Origin: Bacteroidales bacterium
Lineage (GTDB): Bacteria > Bacteroidota > Bacteroidia > Bacteroidales > ML635J-15
NCBI GenBank assembly: GCA_016937855.1
Contig: JAFGVU010000003.1
Location: 50,541-114,540 of the forward strand
Direction of reading: 5' to 3'
Length of the DNA: 64,000 nucleotides
Shown here: in pieces, positions 38,439 through 48,298 of the stretch
How positions within the stretch are numbered: position 1 is the stretch's first letter
Layout: the number at the start of each line of letters is the position of its first letter
The notes under the pieces: generated by a model
What the model was told of the DNA's origin: nothing
The model's database searches: none
The model's input: only the letters and a program-made list of their open reading frames with translations
Translations under genes and position numbers: made by a program

Positions 38439-41420
38439 ATGAGCAAAACAGTAGGAAAAATTATATTTGTTTTATTCTTAAGCTTAGTAAATTTATCGGT
38501 ATCAGATTACTCTTCTGCTACCTTGACTCCCGATAAGAATATCGATCCTCCGTTTTGTTATTCAGATAGTGCCTGGGTTGATTCAGTTTTTAATACATTG
38601 AGCCCCGATGAGAGAATTGCCCAACTTTTGATGGTGCAGGCTTATTCAAATAAAAGTACTCAGCACCAAAACGAGATTGACGGTCTAATAAAAAAGTATG
38701 GAATTGGGGGGTTGATTTTTATGCAAGGTGGTCCGATAAGACAAATTGATTTAATAAATAGATATCAGAATTCGAGCAAAGTGCCTTTGTTAATTGCGAT
38801 GGATGCCGAATGGTCATTAAGTATGCGCTTAGATTCCACAGTATTGTATCCGCGTCAAATGCTAATTGGTGCAATTCAAGATAATCAACTAATTTATGAA
38901 ATGGGTGTAGAGTTTGCTTATCAACTAAAACGGGTAGGAGTTCATGTTAATTTTGCTCCTGTTATTGATGTAAATAATAATCCCAAAAATCCTGTAATCA
39001 ATGATAGATCTTTTGGAGAAGATAAAAGTAATGTGTGTATAAAATCCTATAACTATATGAAAGGAATGCAGGATAATCAAATTCTTGCAACTGCCAAACA
39101 TTTTCCGGGACATGGCGATACAGACGTTGATTCTCATAAGTCCCTACCGGTAATTTATCATAATATGAATAGACTTGACAGTCTGGAGTTATTCCCATTT
39201 AGATATTTAATCGAAAAAGGAGTTTCATCCATTATGGTCGCCCATTTATTTGTTCCTGCTATTGACTCAACTCCTAATTTGCCAACTACCTTATCTCCAA
39301 AAGCAGTAAACCAAATGCTTAAAACCGATTTGGGATTTAAAGGTCTCGTTTTTACCGATGCTCTTAATATGGGAGGGGTTACAAAGTATTACAAGCCGGG
39401 CGAATCTGATGTGATGGCTCTTGTTGCCGGGAATGATGTGTTGCTTTTTCCTAATGAAGTAGGTCTGGTTATCGCTGAAATAAAAAAAGCAATAGAGTCA
39501 GGACTTATATCACAAGAGGAGATAGATTCTCGGTGTAAAAAGGTTTTGCAGGCAAAATACTGGGCAGGTTTATCTGAGTTTTCTCAAATATCAACCCAAA
39601 ATGTTTATGAGGATCTTAATAGCCCAAAGGCAAAGCTATTACAACAAAAACTAATCGAAAATGCAATAACATTGGTTAAGAATGACAATCAGATTATTCC
39701 TATAAAAAATTTAGATGAAACTAATATTGCTACCATTGTATTCGGAACTAATCAAATAAGCAGTTTTCAGAATAGAATGAAATATTATGCAAAAACTGAT
39801 GACTATATTTATAATAACGATTTGATAAAATATGGGAAAGCAGATCTTTTACAAAAACTAAGCAATTATGATGTGGTTATTGTCGGAATACACGGCACAA
39901 ACAGATATGCATCACGAAAGTTCGGAATATCTGACCAAACTGTTGCTTTTGTTGATGAATTAGCTTTGGAAACTAATGTAATATTGGATGTTTTTGCCAA
40001 TCCTTATAGTTTAGCATATTTTAAAAATACATCTAAAATGAAAGGTGTAGTGGTTTCATACAACGACTGGCACATAACAAATGATTTGTCTGCACAGCTC
40101 ATATTTGGTGGAATAGGAGCAAAAGGTAGATTGCCTGTCAGTGCAGGAAGCGAATTTAAATTCGGGGATGGTGTTGATACACAAAAAATTAGATTAAAAT
40201 ATACTAGTGTGCCCGAAGATGCCGGTGCTGATTCTAAGTTTTTAGTTAAAGTAGATTCTATTATTGAAGCATCATTAGTCGCAGGAGCCTATCCTGGAGG
40301 TCAGGTGGTGGCAGCAAGAAATGGAATTGTCTTTTATCAAAAATCTTTTGGATATCATACAAATGATAAAAAAATAAAAGTAAATGATTTCGATATTTTT
40401 GATCTTGCATCAGTTACAAAAGTAAGCGGAACACTTGCTGCTTTGATGAAACTGAATGGAGAAGCCGTTTTTAGTTTAGATGATAAATTGTCGGATCATG
40501 TTGATTTAATTAAAGAAAGTAATAAATCGGAAATGATAATTCGTGATATTTTAACTCATCGTGCAGGACTAAAATCGTGGATACCATTTTACAAAAACAC
40601 AATCAATGACGTGAGTGCTAGAGCTTCTCACTATTCTGGTGTTATGACCGATACTTTCTCGATTCCTGTTGCCGAGGGAATGTACATGAATCGTTTTTTT
40701 ATTGATTCTGTTTATAAACAAATTTGTGTATCTGATTTAAATCCTTATGGAAAATATGTTTATTCAGATTTAGGTTTCTATATGTTTGCCTTAATGATAG
40801 AGTCAAAAACAAAGCAAAAACTCCCCGAATATTTGGACAGCGTTTTTTACTCTAAATTGGGAGCTTGGACAACTGGTTATCTGCCGCTAAGTCGCTTTGA
40901 TGCTAATCAAATTGTGCCAACTGAAAATGATATGCTATTTAGAAGACAACTGCTGCAAGGGCATGTGCATGATCAAGGAGCTGCAATGTTGGGCGGAGTT
41001 TCCGGACATGCTGGTTTGTTTTCAAACGCAAACGATTTGGCAAAACTTATGCAAATGTATCTCGATGGAGGACAGTATGGTGGCGTAAAATTTCTTGATG
41101 AAGCTATTGTCAATCAATATACAAAATATCAGTTTGATCCAAAACAAAATCGACGAGGTTTGGGATGGGATAAAAAACATCCAACTGATACATCTAAAGG
41201 TATAGGTAGCAAAAGTTCCAGCGATTTGGCCTTTGGGCATGGCGGATACACCGGAACAATGGTTTGGGTAGATCCACAATATGAGTTTGTATATGTGTTT
41301 AATTCAAATCGTGTTTGTCCATCTGCCGATAACTGGAAAATAATTAAATTAAACATCAGAACAGATATAGAGGAGGCTTTTTATCAATCATTCATTAGTT
41401 TTGACAAAAAGATAAAATAA
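38439..41420 (+). CDS. Fusion protein: GH3 beta-N-acetylhexosaminidase (NagZ-like) plus serine beta-lactamase/PBP-like hydrolase
   Basis: GH3 N-domain motifs (AKHFPGHGDTDVDSH, VFTDALNMGG). The C-terminal half has SxxK (LASVTKVSG), YSD and HGGYTG motifs of the class C/AmpH-like family. A signal peptide is present. Confidence 0.85.
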   Translation: MSKTVGKIIFVLFLSLVNLSVSDYSSATLTPDKNIDPPFCYSDSAWVDSVFNTLSPDERIAQLLMVQAYSNKSTQHQNEIDGLIKKYGIGGLIFMQGGPIRQIDLINRYQNSSKVPLLIAMDAEWSLSMRLDSTVLYPRQMLIGAIQDNQLIYEMGVEFAYQLKRVGVHVNFAPVIDVNNNPKNPVINDRSFGEDKSNVCIKSYNYMKGMQDNQILATAKHFPGHGDTDVDSHKSLPVIYHNMNRLDSLELFPFRYLIEKGVSSIMVAHLFVPAIDSTPNLPTTLSPKAVNQMLKTDLGFKGLVFTDALNMGGVTKYYKPGESDVMALVAGNDVLLFPNEVGLVIAEIKKAIESGLISQEEIDSRCKKVLQAKYWAGLSEFSQISTQNVYEDLNSPKAKLLQQKLIENAITLVKNDNQIIPIKNLDETNIATIVFGTNQISSFQNRMKYYAKTDDYIYNNDLIKYGKADLLQKLSNYDVVIVGIHGTNRYASRKFGISDQTVAFVDELALETNVILDVFANPYSLAYFKNTSKMKGVVVSYNDWHITNDLSAQLIFGGIGAKGRLPVSAGSEFKFGDGVDTQKIRLKYTSVPEDAGADSKFLVKVDSIIEASLVAGAYPGGQVVAARNGIVFYQKSFGYHTNDKKIKVNDFDIFDLASVTKVSGTLAALMKLNGEAVFSLDDKLSDHVDLIKESNKSEMIIRDILTHRAGLKSWIPFYKNTINDVSARASHYSGVMTDTFSIPVAEGMYMNRFFIDSVYKQICVSDLNPYGKYVYSDLGFYMFALMIESKTKQKLPEYLDSVFYSKLGAWTTGYLPLSRFDANQIVPTENDMLFRRQLLQGHVHDQGAAMLGGVSGHAGLFSNANDLAKLMQMYLDGGQYGGVKFLDEAIVNQYTKYQFDPKQNRRGLGWDKKHPTDTSKGIGSKSSSDLAFGHGGYTGTMVWVDPQYEFVYVFNSNRVCPSADNWKIIKLNIRTDIEEAFYQSFISFDKKIK

Positions 41421-42037
41421 TGAAAATCATAAATAGAAATGGAAAGACTAAACGAAATGTTAGAGAAACACAAAAATTTAGTTTAACAAAATATTGCTTT
41501 GCTCTTGTTTTTTGCTTTTTTTGTGTTGGAGAGCTCAGATCGCAATATCTCGAAAATGATCCAAGTACGGTCGAGAGAATATTTTGGGGTGGAAATGTAG
41601 GTTTAATGTTCGGGACATATACCTATGTATCTATTGATCCTGTTGTCGGATATAGATTAACAAATCGATTGTCCGCAGGTATTGGTGGTACATACACATG
41701 GATTAATTCCGATTATTATAATTACTCGGGGCAATCTTATGGTGTTAATTTTTTTGGCTCATATACTTTGATTAAAAATTTGGGCGAGATATTGCCTATT
41801 TATGAGTCAGGAGGTCTATTGCTTTATGGGGAATTGTCATATCTGAATATTAGCGATTATTATGCGATATTGCCTTCAGGCAGACAAATTTGGGCGTACA
41901 CACCTCTAGCTGGCATCGCTTATCAGACTCAAATTGGGAAAAACTCTTATTTTGTTATGATGTTTCTTTATAATTTTAATGAATCATATTATTCTCCATA
42001 TTCTAATCCTGTAATAAAAGCGAGTTTTCAGTTTTAA
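41420..42037 (+). CDS. Small putative outer-membrane beta-barrel protein
   Basis: Its ATG overlaps the upstream TAA (TAATG). Hydrophobic signal region FALVFCFFCVGELRSQ, G/Y-rich strands, C-terminal ...KASFQF. Confidence 0.45.
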   Translation: MKIINRNGKTKRNVRETQKFSLTKYCFALVFCFFCVGELRSQYLENDPSTVERIFWGGNVGLMFGTYTYVSIDPVVGYRLTNRLSAGIGGTYTWINSDYYNYSGQSYGVNFFGSYTLIKNLGEILPIYESGGLLLYGELSYLNISDYYAILPSGRQIWAYTPLAGIAYQTQIGKNSYFVMMFLYNFNESYYSPYSNPVIKASFQF

Positions 42038-42171
42038 TGTTTTAACAAAATTATTTCTCAGTTCACATATCTTAATAATGTGGGATAAATTGCATTTTGT
42101 ATAAATCGGTATTTTTAATGCAACTAAAAGTGTTTTTGTTTTGTTTATTTGTAAACTAAATGTTTATAAAA

Positions 42172-44235
42172 ATGAGAAATATACTGATAAGTGCTCTTTT
42201 GTTGTTTGCAAGTTTAACTGTTTTTGCACAATCCGAAGAAACATGGCACTGCGAGACCGATGAGATTTATATGGAAATTCTTAAAAATAATCCTGATGCT
42301 GTTCGTGAACGTGCCAAACTGCAAGAGTTTGTGGCAAATTTTATTGCTAATGCTCAAAAATCAGAAGATACATATGTTATTCCAATAGTTTTTCATGTTG
42401 TTCATTATTACGGACAAGAAAATATATCTTATGAGCAAATTGAAGAGGCGGTGGAGTTTATGAATAAGGATTTTAATCGTTTAAGAAGTGATACTGCAAG
42501 TATAGTTGAGGAGTTTAAATCAATTGCTGCAAATAGTAAAATAGAGTTTCGGTTGGCTCGTATCGATCCTGACGGCAATTGCACTGTCGGTGTAACTCGT
42601 ACTGTTTCAGAAACAACCTATGGTGGTGGCGAAGATGCAAAAGAGGCTGCTCCAACTTGGCCTCCTAATATGTACTTGAATGTTTGGGTTGTTAATTCAT
42701 TACCTAGCGGTGCAGCAGGGTGGTCATATTATCCGGGTACTGCACCTTATGGCTCTGACGGAGTTATTTTATTACACGATTACGTAGGGTCAACAGGAAC
42801 CAGTAGTTATAATAGAGGAAGTACCCTAACTCATGAAGTTGGTCATTATTTGAATTTAGGACATCCTTGGGGGCACACAAACGATCCTGGACTTGCATCA
42901 AATTGTGATATTGATGATGATATTGATGATACTCCTAATACAATTGGGCACTCCAGCTGCTCTCTTTCAGCTGTTACTTGTGGGTCATTAGACAATGTGC
43001 AAAACTTTATGGAATATAGCTATTGCACCAAAATGTTTACAATTGGTCAGGCAGAAATGATGAGAGCTGTCCTTAATGCAAGCACTGCCGGTCGTAATAA
43101 CCTAATCTCCCAACAAAACTTAATTGCAACCGGAACTAACGAAGGATACGAACCCCAACTTTGCCCTCCTGTTGCTGATTTTGCAGGCGACAAAAGAATT
43201 GGATGCGAAGGTTTTACCGTGCAGTATAACGAGCAAACTTATGGTACCGATTATGTCGAGGCTTTTAATTGGAGTTTTGAGGGCGGTGAACCCGCAATCT
43301 CGTCTGAATCAAGTCCGATAGTAAATTATGACACAAAAGGAGTTTATAGCGTTGAGTTTACTGCAATAAATCCTAGCGACTCCGACACTAAATCAGTTGA
43401 TGAATACATACGGGTATATGATATTCAGGATGGGTACACAATACCTTATACCGAATCTTTTGAATCGACAACATTCCCTAAAATTGACGGTAATTCTGAT
43501 AATGATTTTTATATCGATAGTAGAGGTAGCGAAACATGGGAGCAGAATAATTTTGGAGATGAAGGAAAATCTGTACGAATAATAAATAAACGAAATAATG
43601 TTGGAACTTTAAATAAAATCTTTTTGCCAAACCTATTAGTGACCGAGTTTGATAAACCAATATATGTCAGTTTAAAGGCTGCTTATGGTAAGTCAGGCGA
43701 TCTTTCAGGTGATAGATTAAAGTTTTATGTTTCGAATTCTTGTGGAGATACTCTAAGAATTGTTCACATTATTAATAGCTCCCAGTTAATTTCAACATAT
43801 TCTTCGTCTTTTTCCACTTATCTTCCTTTGTCTTCGCATTGGAAAACTCATAGTTTTACAATTAACCCATCTCAAATCAACGGCGAGAATTTAAGATTGA
43901 TAATTGAAGCCGAGGCAGGTGGTGGTAATACACTATATATTGATGAAGTTAGTTTTTCATACACTAGTGATGTGAATTTAATTCAGAGCTCAAACTTAAT
44001 AAGTGCATATCCAAATCCAACTGATGGTAGCTTATTTATCGAAAATCAACTGTCAAATGGAGATTACCTAATCATGATTTTTGATACTATGGGACGTCTT
44101 GTCTTTGAGACATCTACTTCTAATAAAACTTATGATGCTTCAGGGATTTTAGCTGATAAACCTGCCGGATTATATTTGATAAAAATACTTACTGATGAAG
44201 GGGCAAAAGTTATAAAAGTGAACAAAAGTAAATAA
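42172..44235 (+). CDS. M43 (cytophagalysin/pappalysin-like) zinc metalloprotease with a PKD-like domain and a T9SS C-terminal domain
   Basis: Zinc motif HEVGHYLNLGHPW. PKD-like VADFAGDKRIGCEGFTVQYNEQ...GVYSVEFTAINP. CTD ISAYPNPTDGSLFIEN...GLYLIKIL. Signal peptide begins at ATG 42172 (MRNILISALLLFASLTVFAQ). The track start is 42160. Confidence 0.85.
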   Translation: MRNILISALLLFASLTVFAQSEETWHCETDEIYMEILKNNPDAVRERAKLQEFVANFIANAQKSEDTYVIPIVFHVVHYYGQENISYEQIEEAVEFMNKDFNRLRSDTASIVEEFKSIAANSKIEFRLARIDPDGNCTVGVTRTVSETTYGGGEDAKEAAPTWPPNMYLNVWVVNSLPSGAAGWSYYPGTAPYGSDGVILLHDYVGSTGTSSYNRGSTLTHEVGHYLNLGHPWGHTNDPGLASNCDIDDDIDDTPNTIGHSSCSLSAVTCGSLDNVQNFMEYSYCTKMFTIGQAEMMRAVLNASTAGRNNLISQQNLIATGTNEGYEPQLCPPVADFAGDKRIGCEGFTVQYNEQTYGTDYVEAFNWSFEGGEPAISSESSPIVNYDTKGVYSVEFTAINPSDSDTKSVDEYIRVYDIQDGYTIPYTESFESTTFPKIDGNSDNDFYIDSRGSETWEQNNFGDEGKSVRIINKRNNVGTLNKIFLPNLLVTEFDKPIYVSLKAAYGKSGDLSGDRLKFYVSNSCGDTLRIVHIINSSQLISTYSSSFSTYLPLSSHWKTHSFTINPSQINGENLRLIIEAEAGGGNTLYIDEVSFSYTSDVNLIQSSNLISAYPNPTDGSLFIENQLSNGDYLIMIFDTMGRLVFETSTSNKTYDASGILADKPAGLYLIKILTDEGAKVIKVNKSK

Positions 44236-44367
44236 TCCTACTACAACACCTGATATAAAAATAATGGTAGAACCAAATTGATTATTTTACTGTTTTTTTC
44301 AACTCAGATATAATTTTAAAGAAAAAAACTAAAATAGTTTTTAAATTTGCCCATAAATCTTAAAGAA

Positions 44368-46578
44368 ATGGGAATATATCTTGATTATAATGCCACAACT
44401 CCTATTGATAAAGAAGTTGCAGAGGCGATGCATCCCTATTTAGTTGACTATTTTGGAAATCCTTCGAGCTCACATTCTTATGGGGCAAAAACCAAAATTG
44501 CAGTAGAACAGGCTCGAAAGTTAGTAGCGTCATTAATAAATTGCAAAGCTTCCGAAATAATTTTTACAAGTGGTGGAAGCGAAGCAAACAACTATGCAAT
44601 TAAAGGTTATGCATATGCAAATGAGCATCGTGGGAAACATATTATTACTTCTGTAATAGAACATCCTGCCGTTTTTGAAGTTTGTAAATACTTGGAGCGT
44701 AAAGGTTTTTCAGTTACCTATATTTCTGTTGATCAGGATGGTTTGGTTGATTTAGCTGAGCTTGAGGGTGCAATTCGACCTGATACTATCTTGGTTACAA
44801 TCATGCACGCAAATAACGAAATAGGAACAATTCAGCCTGTTAAAGAAATAGCAGATATCTGTAAAAAGTACTCAGTTGCATTTCATACAGATGCAGCACA
44901 ATCAGTTGGAAAATATCCTGTAAATGTTCAGGAATTGGGAGTTGATTTGCTTTCAATTGCAGGTCATAAGCTTTATGCTCCAAAAGGAATAGGTGCATTA
45001 TTTATTCGTGATGGAATAAAACTTGAAAAACTTATTCACGGTGCTGATCATGAACAAAACAAACGTGCCGGAACCGAAAATGTACTCGAGATTGTTGGTC
45101 TTGGAAAAGCTTGTGAGATTGCAAAACGAGATTTGGAAAAAAATATCTCACACATGCGCAATATGAGGGATTTGTTGAATGACCTATTATCAGCACAAGA
45201 TTACAACATAAAACTAAATGGACATCCCGAAAAACGACTCCCAAATACTTTGAATCTTAGTTTTTACGGAATTGAGGCAAATGTGCTTTTATCGGAGATG
45301 GAGTTAAATGGAATAGCAGCCTCAGCAGGAGCAGCATGCCATACCGATTCTGTAGATGTGTCTCCGGTTCTCACTGCAATTAAACTAAATCAAAATTTCG
45401 CAATGGGAACAATTAGATTTTCTGTTGGACGCCAATCTTCTGAGGATGAAATACGTCAAGCATCAAAAATTATTGGGAAAATTATACAGAATATTAGCCC
45501 TGATGTTGATAGTATTTCTGATACAAATGCTTTTGACTATGAGGAAATCAAATTGACTAAGTTTACTCAAGGGCTTGGTTGTGCTTGTAAATTGAGACCT
45601 CAGGAGTTAGAAAAAATACTTAAAGATATTCCGGTTTGGCACGACGAAAATATATTGATAGATACTCAAAATTCTGATGATGCTGCTGTATATAAAATAA
45701 ACGAAAGTACAGCACTTGTTCAAACTGTCGATTTTTTTACACCTATTGTTGATGACCCGTATGAGTTTGGTGCAATTGCAGCTGCTAATTCACTTAGCGA
45801 TATTTATGCTATGGGGGCAAAACCCTTGTTTGCTCTAAATATTGTCGGCTTTCCTTCAAATCGTTTGCCAATGGAGGTGCTGAAACAAATACTAAAAGGA
45901 GCATCAGATAAAGCTTTAGAGGCAGGAATAAGTATTTTGGGTGGTCATACTATCGATGATCCTGAGCCAAAATTTGGAATGGTTGTTAGTGGAATCTCAC
46001 ATCCCGATAATATTTGGGGAAATGCTGATGCTGTCGAAGGAGATGCAATTATTCTGACAAAACCAATTGGGACTGGTATTTTAACAACTGCTTTAAAACG
46101 TGGGTTGTTAAATGTCGAGACAAAAAATACTGTGATAACCTCAATGAGTACTCTAAATAAATATGCCGCGTCAGTTATTTCCAAATATGATGTACATGCT
46201 TGCACCGATGTAACAGGATTCGGACTCATAGGTCATCTTAGCGAACTATCATGCGCTAGTAAGATAGATGTGGAGTTGTTTTCTGATAAAATTCCGCTTT
46301 TTGATGAAGTAGAGTCATTGGCAAATGCCGGAGTCGTACCGGGTGGTAGTAAAAATAATTTAGATTATTTCTCCAAACATGTTGTTTGGGATGGTAAAAT
46401 TGGTGGGATTCAAAAACTAATCCTTTGCGATGCTCAAACTTCTGGTGGTTTGCTTTTCTCAGTTCCACAGACCCAAAAAGATCAGATTATAAGAGAATTG
46501 TTAGATTCCGGAATCGAAAGTGCAAGCCATATTGGCAACTGTTTGCAAAAGGGCATTGGGAAAATTATTGTGCAGTAA
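44368..46578 (+). CDS. selD: Fusion of a NifS-like cysteine desulfurase/selenocysteine lyase with selenide, water dikinase (selenophosphate synthetase)
   Basis: N-terminal half is a class V aminotransferase with PLP-Lys (SIAGHKLYAPKGIGAL) and active Cys (SAGAACHT). The C-terminal half begins LTKFTQGLGCACKLRPQELEKIL, the SelD Cys/Lys active-site loop, followed by AIR-synthase-like domains (NSDDAAVY, GAIAAANSLSDIYAMGA, GGHTIDD). The track start 44347 is TTG. ATG 44368 (MGIYLDYNATTP) fits NifS N-termini. Confidence 0.9.
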   Translation: MGIYLDYNATTPIDKEVAEAMHPYLVDYFGNPSSSHSYGAKTKIAVEQARKLVASLINCKASEIIFTSGGSEANNYAIKGYAYANEHRGKHIITSVIEHPAVFEVCKYLERKGFSVTYISVDQDGLVDLAELEGAIRPDTILVTIMHANNEIGTIQPVKEIADICKKYSVAFHTDAAQSVGKYPVNVQELGVDLLSIAGHKLYAPKGIGALFIRDGIKLEKLIHGADHEQNKRAGTENVLEIVGLGKACEIAKRDLEKNISHMRNMRDLLNDLLSAQDYNIKLNGHPEKRLPNTLNLSFYGIEANVLLSEMELNGIAASAGAACHTDSVDVSPVLTAIKLNQNFAMGTIRFSVGRQSSEDEIRQASKIIGKIIQNISPDVDSISDTNAFDYEEIKLTKFTQGLGCACKLRPQELEKILKDIPVWHDENILIDTQNSDDAAVYKINESTALVQTVDFFTPIVDDPYEFGAIAAANSLSDIYAMGAKPLFALNIVGFPSNRLPMEVLKQILKGASDKALEAGISILGGHTIDDPEPKFGMVVSGISHPDNIWGNADAVEGDAIILTKPIGTGILTTALKRGLLNVETKNTVITSMSTLNKYAASVISKYDVHACTDVTGFGLIGHLSELSCASKIDVELFSDKIPLFDEVESLANAGVVPGGSKNNLDYFSKHVVWDGKIGGIQKLILCDAQTSGGLLFSVPQTQKDQIIRELLDSGIESASHIGNCLQKGIGKIIVQ

Positions 46579-46738
46579 TGCATTGTGGGCTCAATTATTT
46601 AAGACATACGGAGTTTGCAAAACTCATAATTCACAATATCGTCAAAATATAGGTTTAATATCATATTGTTTAAATCGTATAATTTTCTTAATTTTGGCAA
46701 AACTTTAAAAATTAAGATTTTTCAATAAAAATGTTACA

Positions 46739-48298
46739 ATGAGAACCAGCAAATTAGGATTAGATTTTACCAAAGTTGACGAAGCAAAAAAACTTGCAGG
46801 AAATATTGCTGACGATGTTCAGAAGTTTGTTGAGAATTACACAACTGTTTCTGTAGAGCGTACACTTTGTCGATTAATTGGAATTGATGGCATAGATAAG
46901 AATGATGTTCCATTGCCAAATGTTGTAGTGAATCAGTTGCACGAGAATGGTGCAACCGGACAAGGCGTTTTGTATTATATCGGAAATTCGATGATAGAAA
47001 CAGGTTTAACACCTCAGCAATTGTCCGAAAAAATTGCTATTGGCGAGTACGATCTTACAAAAGCGAAGATTAATAATTTAGATGAAATTAAGGCTGCAAT
47101 AATGCCTTTAGTTAATGAAGGGATATCAAAGATCAAATCAAATGTTGCCAAACGAAACGATTATTTAACAAATCTTGGCGAAGGAGCAAAACCGTATTTG
47201 TATGTGATCGTAGCAACAGGTAATATATATGAGGATGTTGTGCAAGCACAGGCTGCCGCTCGTCAAGGTGCGGATGTGATTGCAGTTATTCGTACAACAG
47301 GACAGAGTTTGCTCGATTATGTTCCGTATGGTGCCACAACCGAAGGTTTTGGAGGAACATTTGCCACTCAGGAGAATTTTAGAATTATGCGTAAAGCACT
47401 CGACGAGGTTGGCGAAGAAGTTGGCAAGTATATCCGTCTTTGTAATTACTGTTCAGGTTTATGTATGCCCGAAATTGCTGCAATGGGGGCACTGGAGAGA
47501 CTGGATGTAATGCTGAATGATGCTCTTTATGGCATTCTTTTTCGTGATATAAATATGCAGCGTACTATGGTTGACCAATATTTTTCCCGAATTATTAACG
47601 GTTTTGCAGGTGTAATCATAAATACAGGTGAAGATAATTATCTTACTACTGCCGATGCTTTTGAACAAGCACATACTGTTTTGGCATCCGACTTAATTAA
47701 CGAACAACTTGCACTTCTCGCAGGTATGCCCGAAGAACAAATGGGATTGGGACATGCTTTTGAAATGCACCCCGACCTTGAAAATGGCTTTTTGTATGAG
47801 CTGGCTCAAGCTCAAATGCTTAGAGAAATCTTTCCTAAAGCAACCCCAAAATATATGCCTCCAACTAAATTTATGACAGGTAATATTTTTAAAGGTCAAA
47901 TACAAAACGCATTGTTTAATGAAATTTCAATCTGGACAGGACAAGGGATTCAACTTTTAGGAATGATTACCGAAGCTGTTCATACTCCATTTATGTCCGA
48001 CAGATATCTTGCCATCGAAAATGCTCAGTATATTTTTAATAATATGAAAAATATTGGCGATGAAGTTGAGTTTAAACAAGATGGGATTATTCAAAACAGA
48101 GCTAAAAAAGTTCTGGATGATGCGTATTTGCTTTTAAGCGAAATAGAAAAAGAAGGATTGTTTAATGCTTTGGAAAAAGGAATTTTTGCTGATGTCAAAA
48201 GACCAAAAAATGGTGGTAAGGGACTAGCAGGAGTGGTAGCAAAAACCGAAAATTACTTTAATCCGTTTATAAACTTGATGAAAGGAGAGCAATTATAA
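46739..48298 (+). CDS. kamD: D-lysine/beta-lysine 5,6-aminomutase alpha subunit
   Basis: 519 aa. The N-terminus ...LDFTKVDEAKKLAGNIADDVQKFVENYTTVSVERTLCRLIGIDG matches my recollection of KamD. It is paired with a 262-aa B12-binding subunit. Confidence 0.8.
   Translation: MRTSKLGLDFTKVDEAKKLAGNIADDVQKFVENYTTVSVERTLCRLIGIDGIDKNDVPLPNVVVNQLHENGATGQGVLYYIGNSMIETGLTPQQLSEKIAIGEYDLTKAKINNLDEIKAAIMPLVNEGISKIKSNVAKRNDYLTNLGEGAKPYLYVIVATGNIYEDVVQAQAAARQGADVIAVIRTTGQSLLDYVPYGATTEGFGGTFATQENFRIMRKALDEVGEEVGKYIRLCNYCSGLCMPEIAAMGALERLDVMLNDALYGILFRDINMQRTMVDQYFSRIINGFAGVIINTGEDNYLTTADAFEQAHTVLASDLINEQLALLAGMPEEQMGLGHAFEMHPDLENGFLYELAQAQMLREIFPKATPKYMPPTKFMTGNIFKGQIQNALFNEISIWTGQGIQLLGMITEAVHTPFMSDRYLAIENAQYIFNNMKNIGDEVEFKQDGIIQNRAKKVLDDAYLLLSEIEKEGLFNALEKGIFADVKRPKNGGKGLAGVVAKTENYFNPFINLMKGEQL

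Noticed and set aside
45580-45582. Possible selenocysteine (TGA) recoding at the SelD active site or elsewhere near the NifS-SelD gene.
   Set aside because: The active-site codon is TGT (Cys). I saw no pair of adjacent same-frame ORFs split by TGA in the window.
46579-46738. Cobalamin or lysine riboswitch upstream of kamD.
   Set aside because: The 160-bp leader is AT-rich. It has no B12-box-like element (GCCACTG-type core) and none of the conserved helices I would expect of a lysine riboswitch. A covariance-model scan (Rfam) would be the decisive test.
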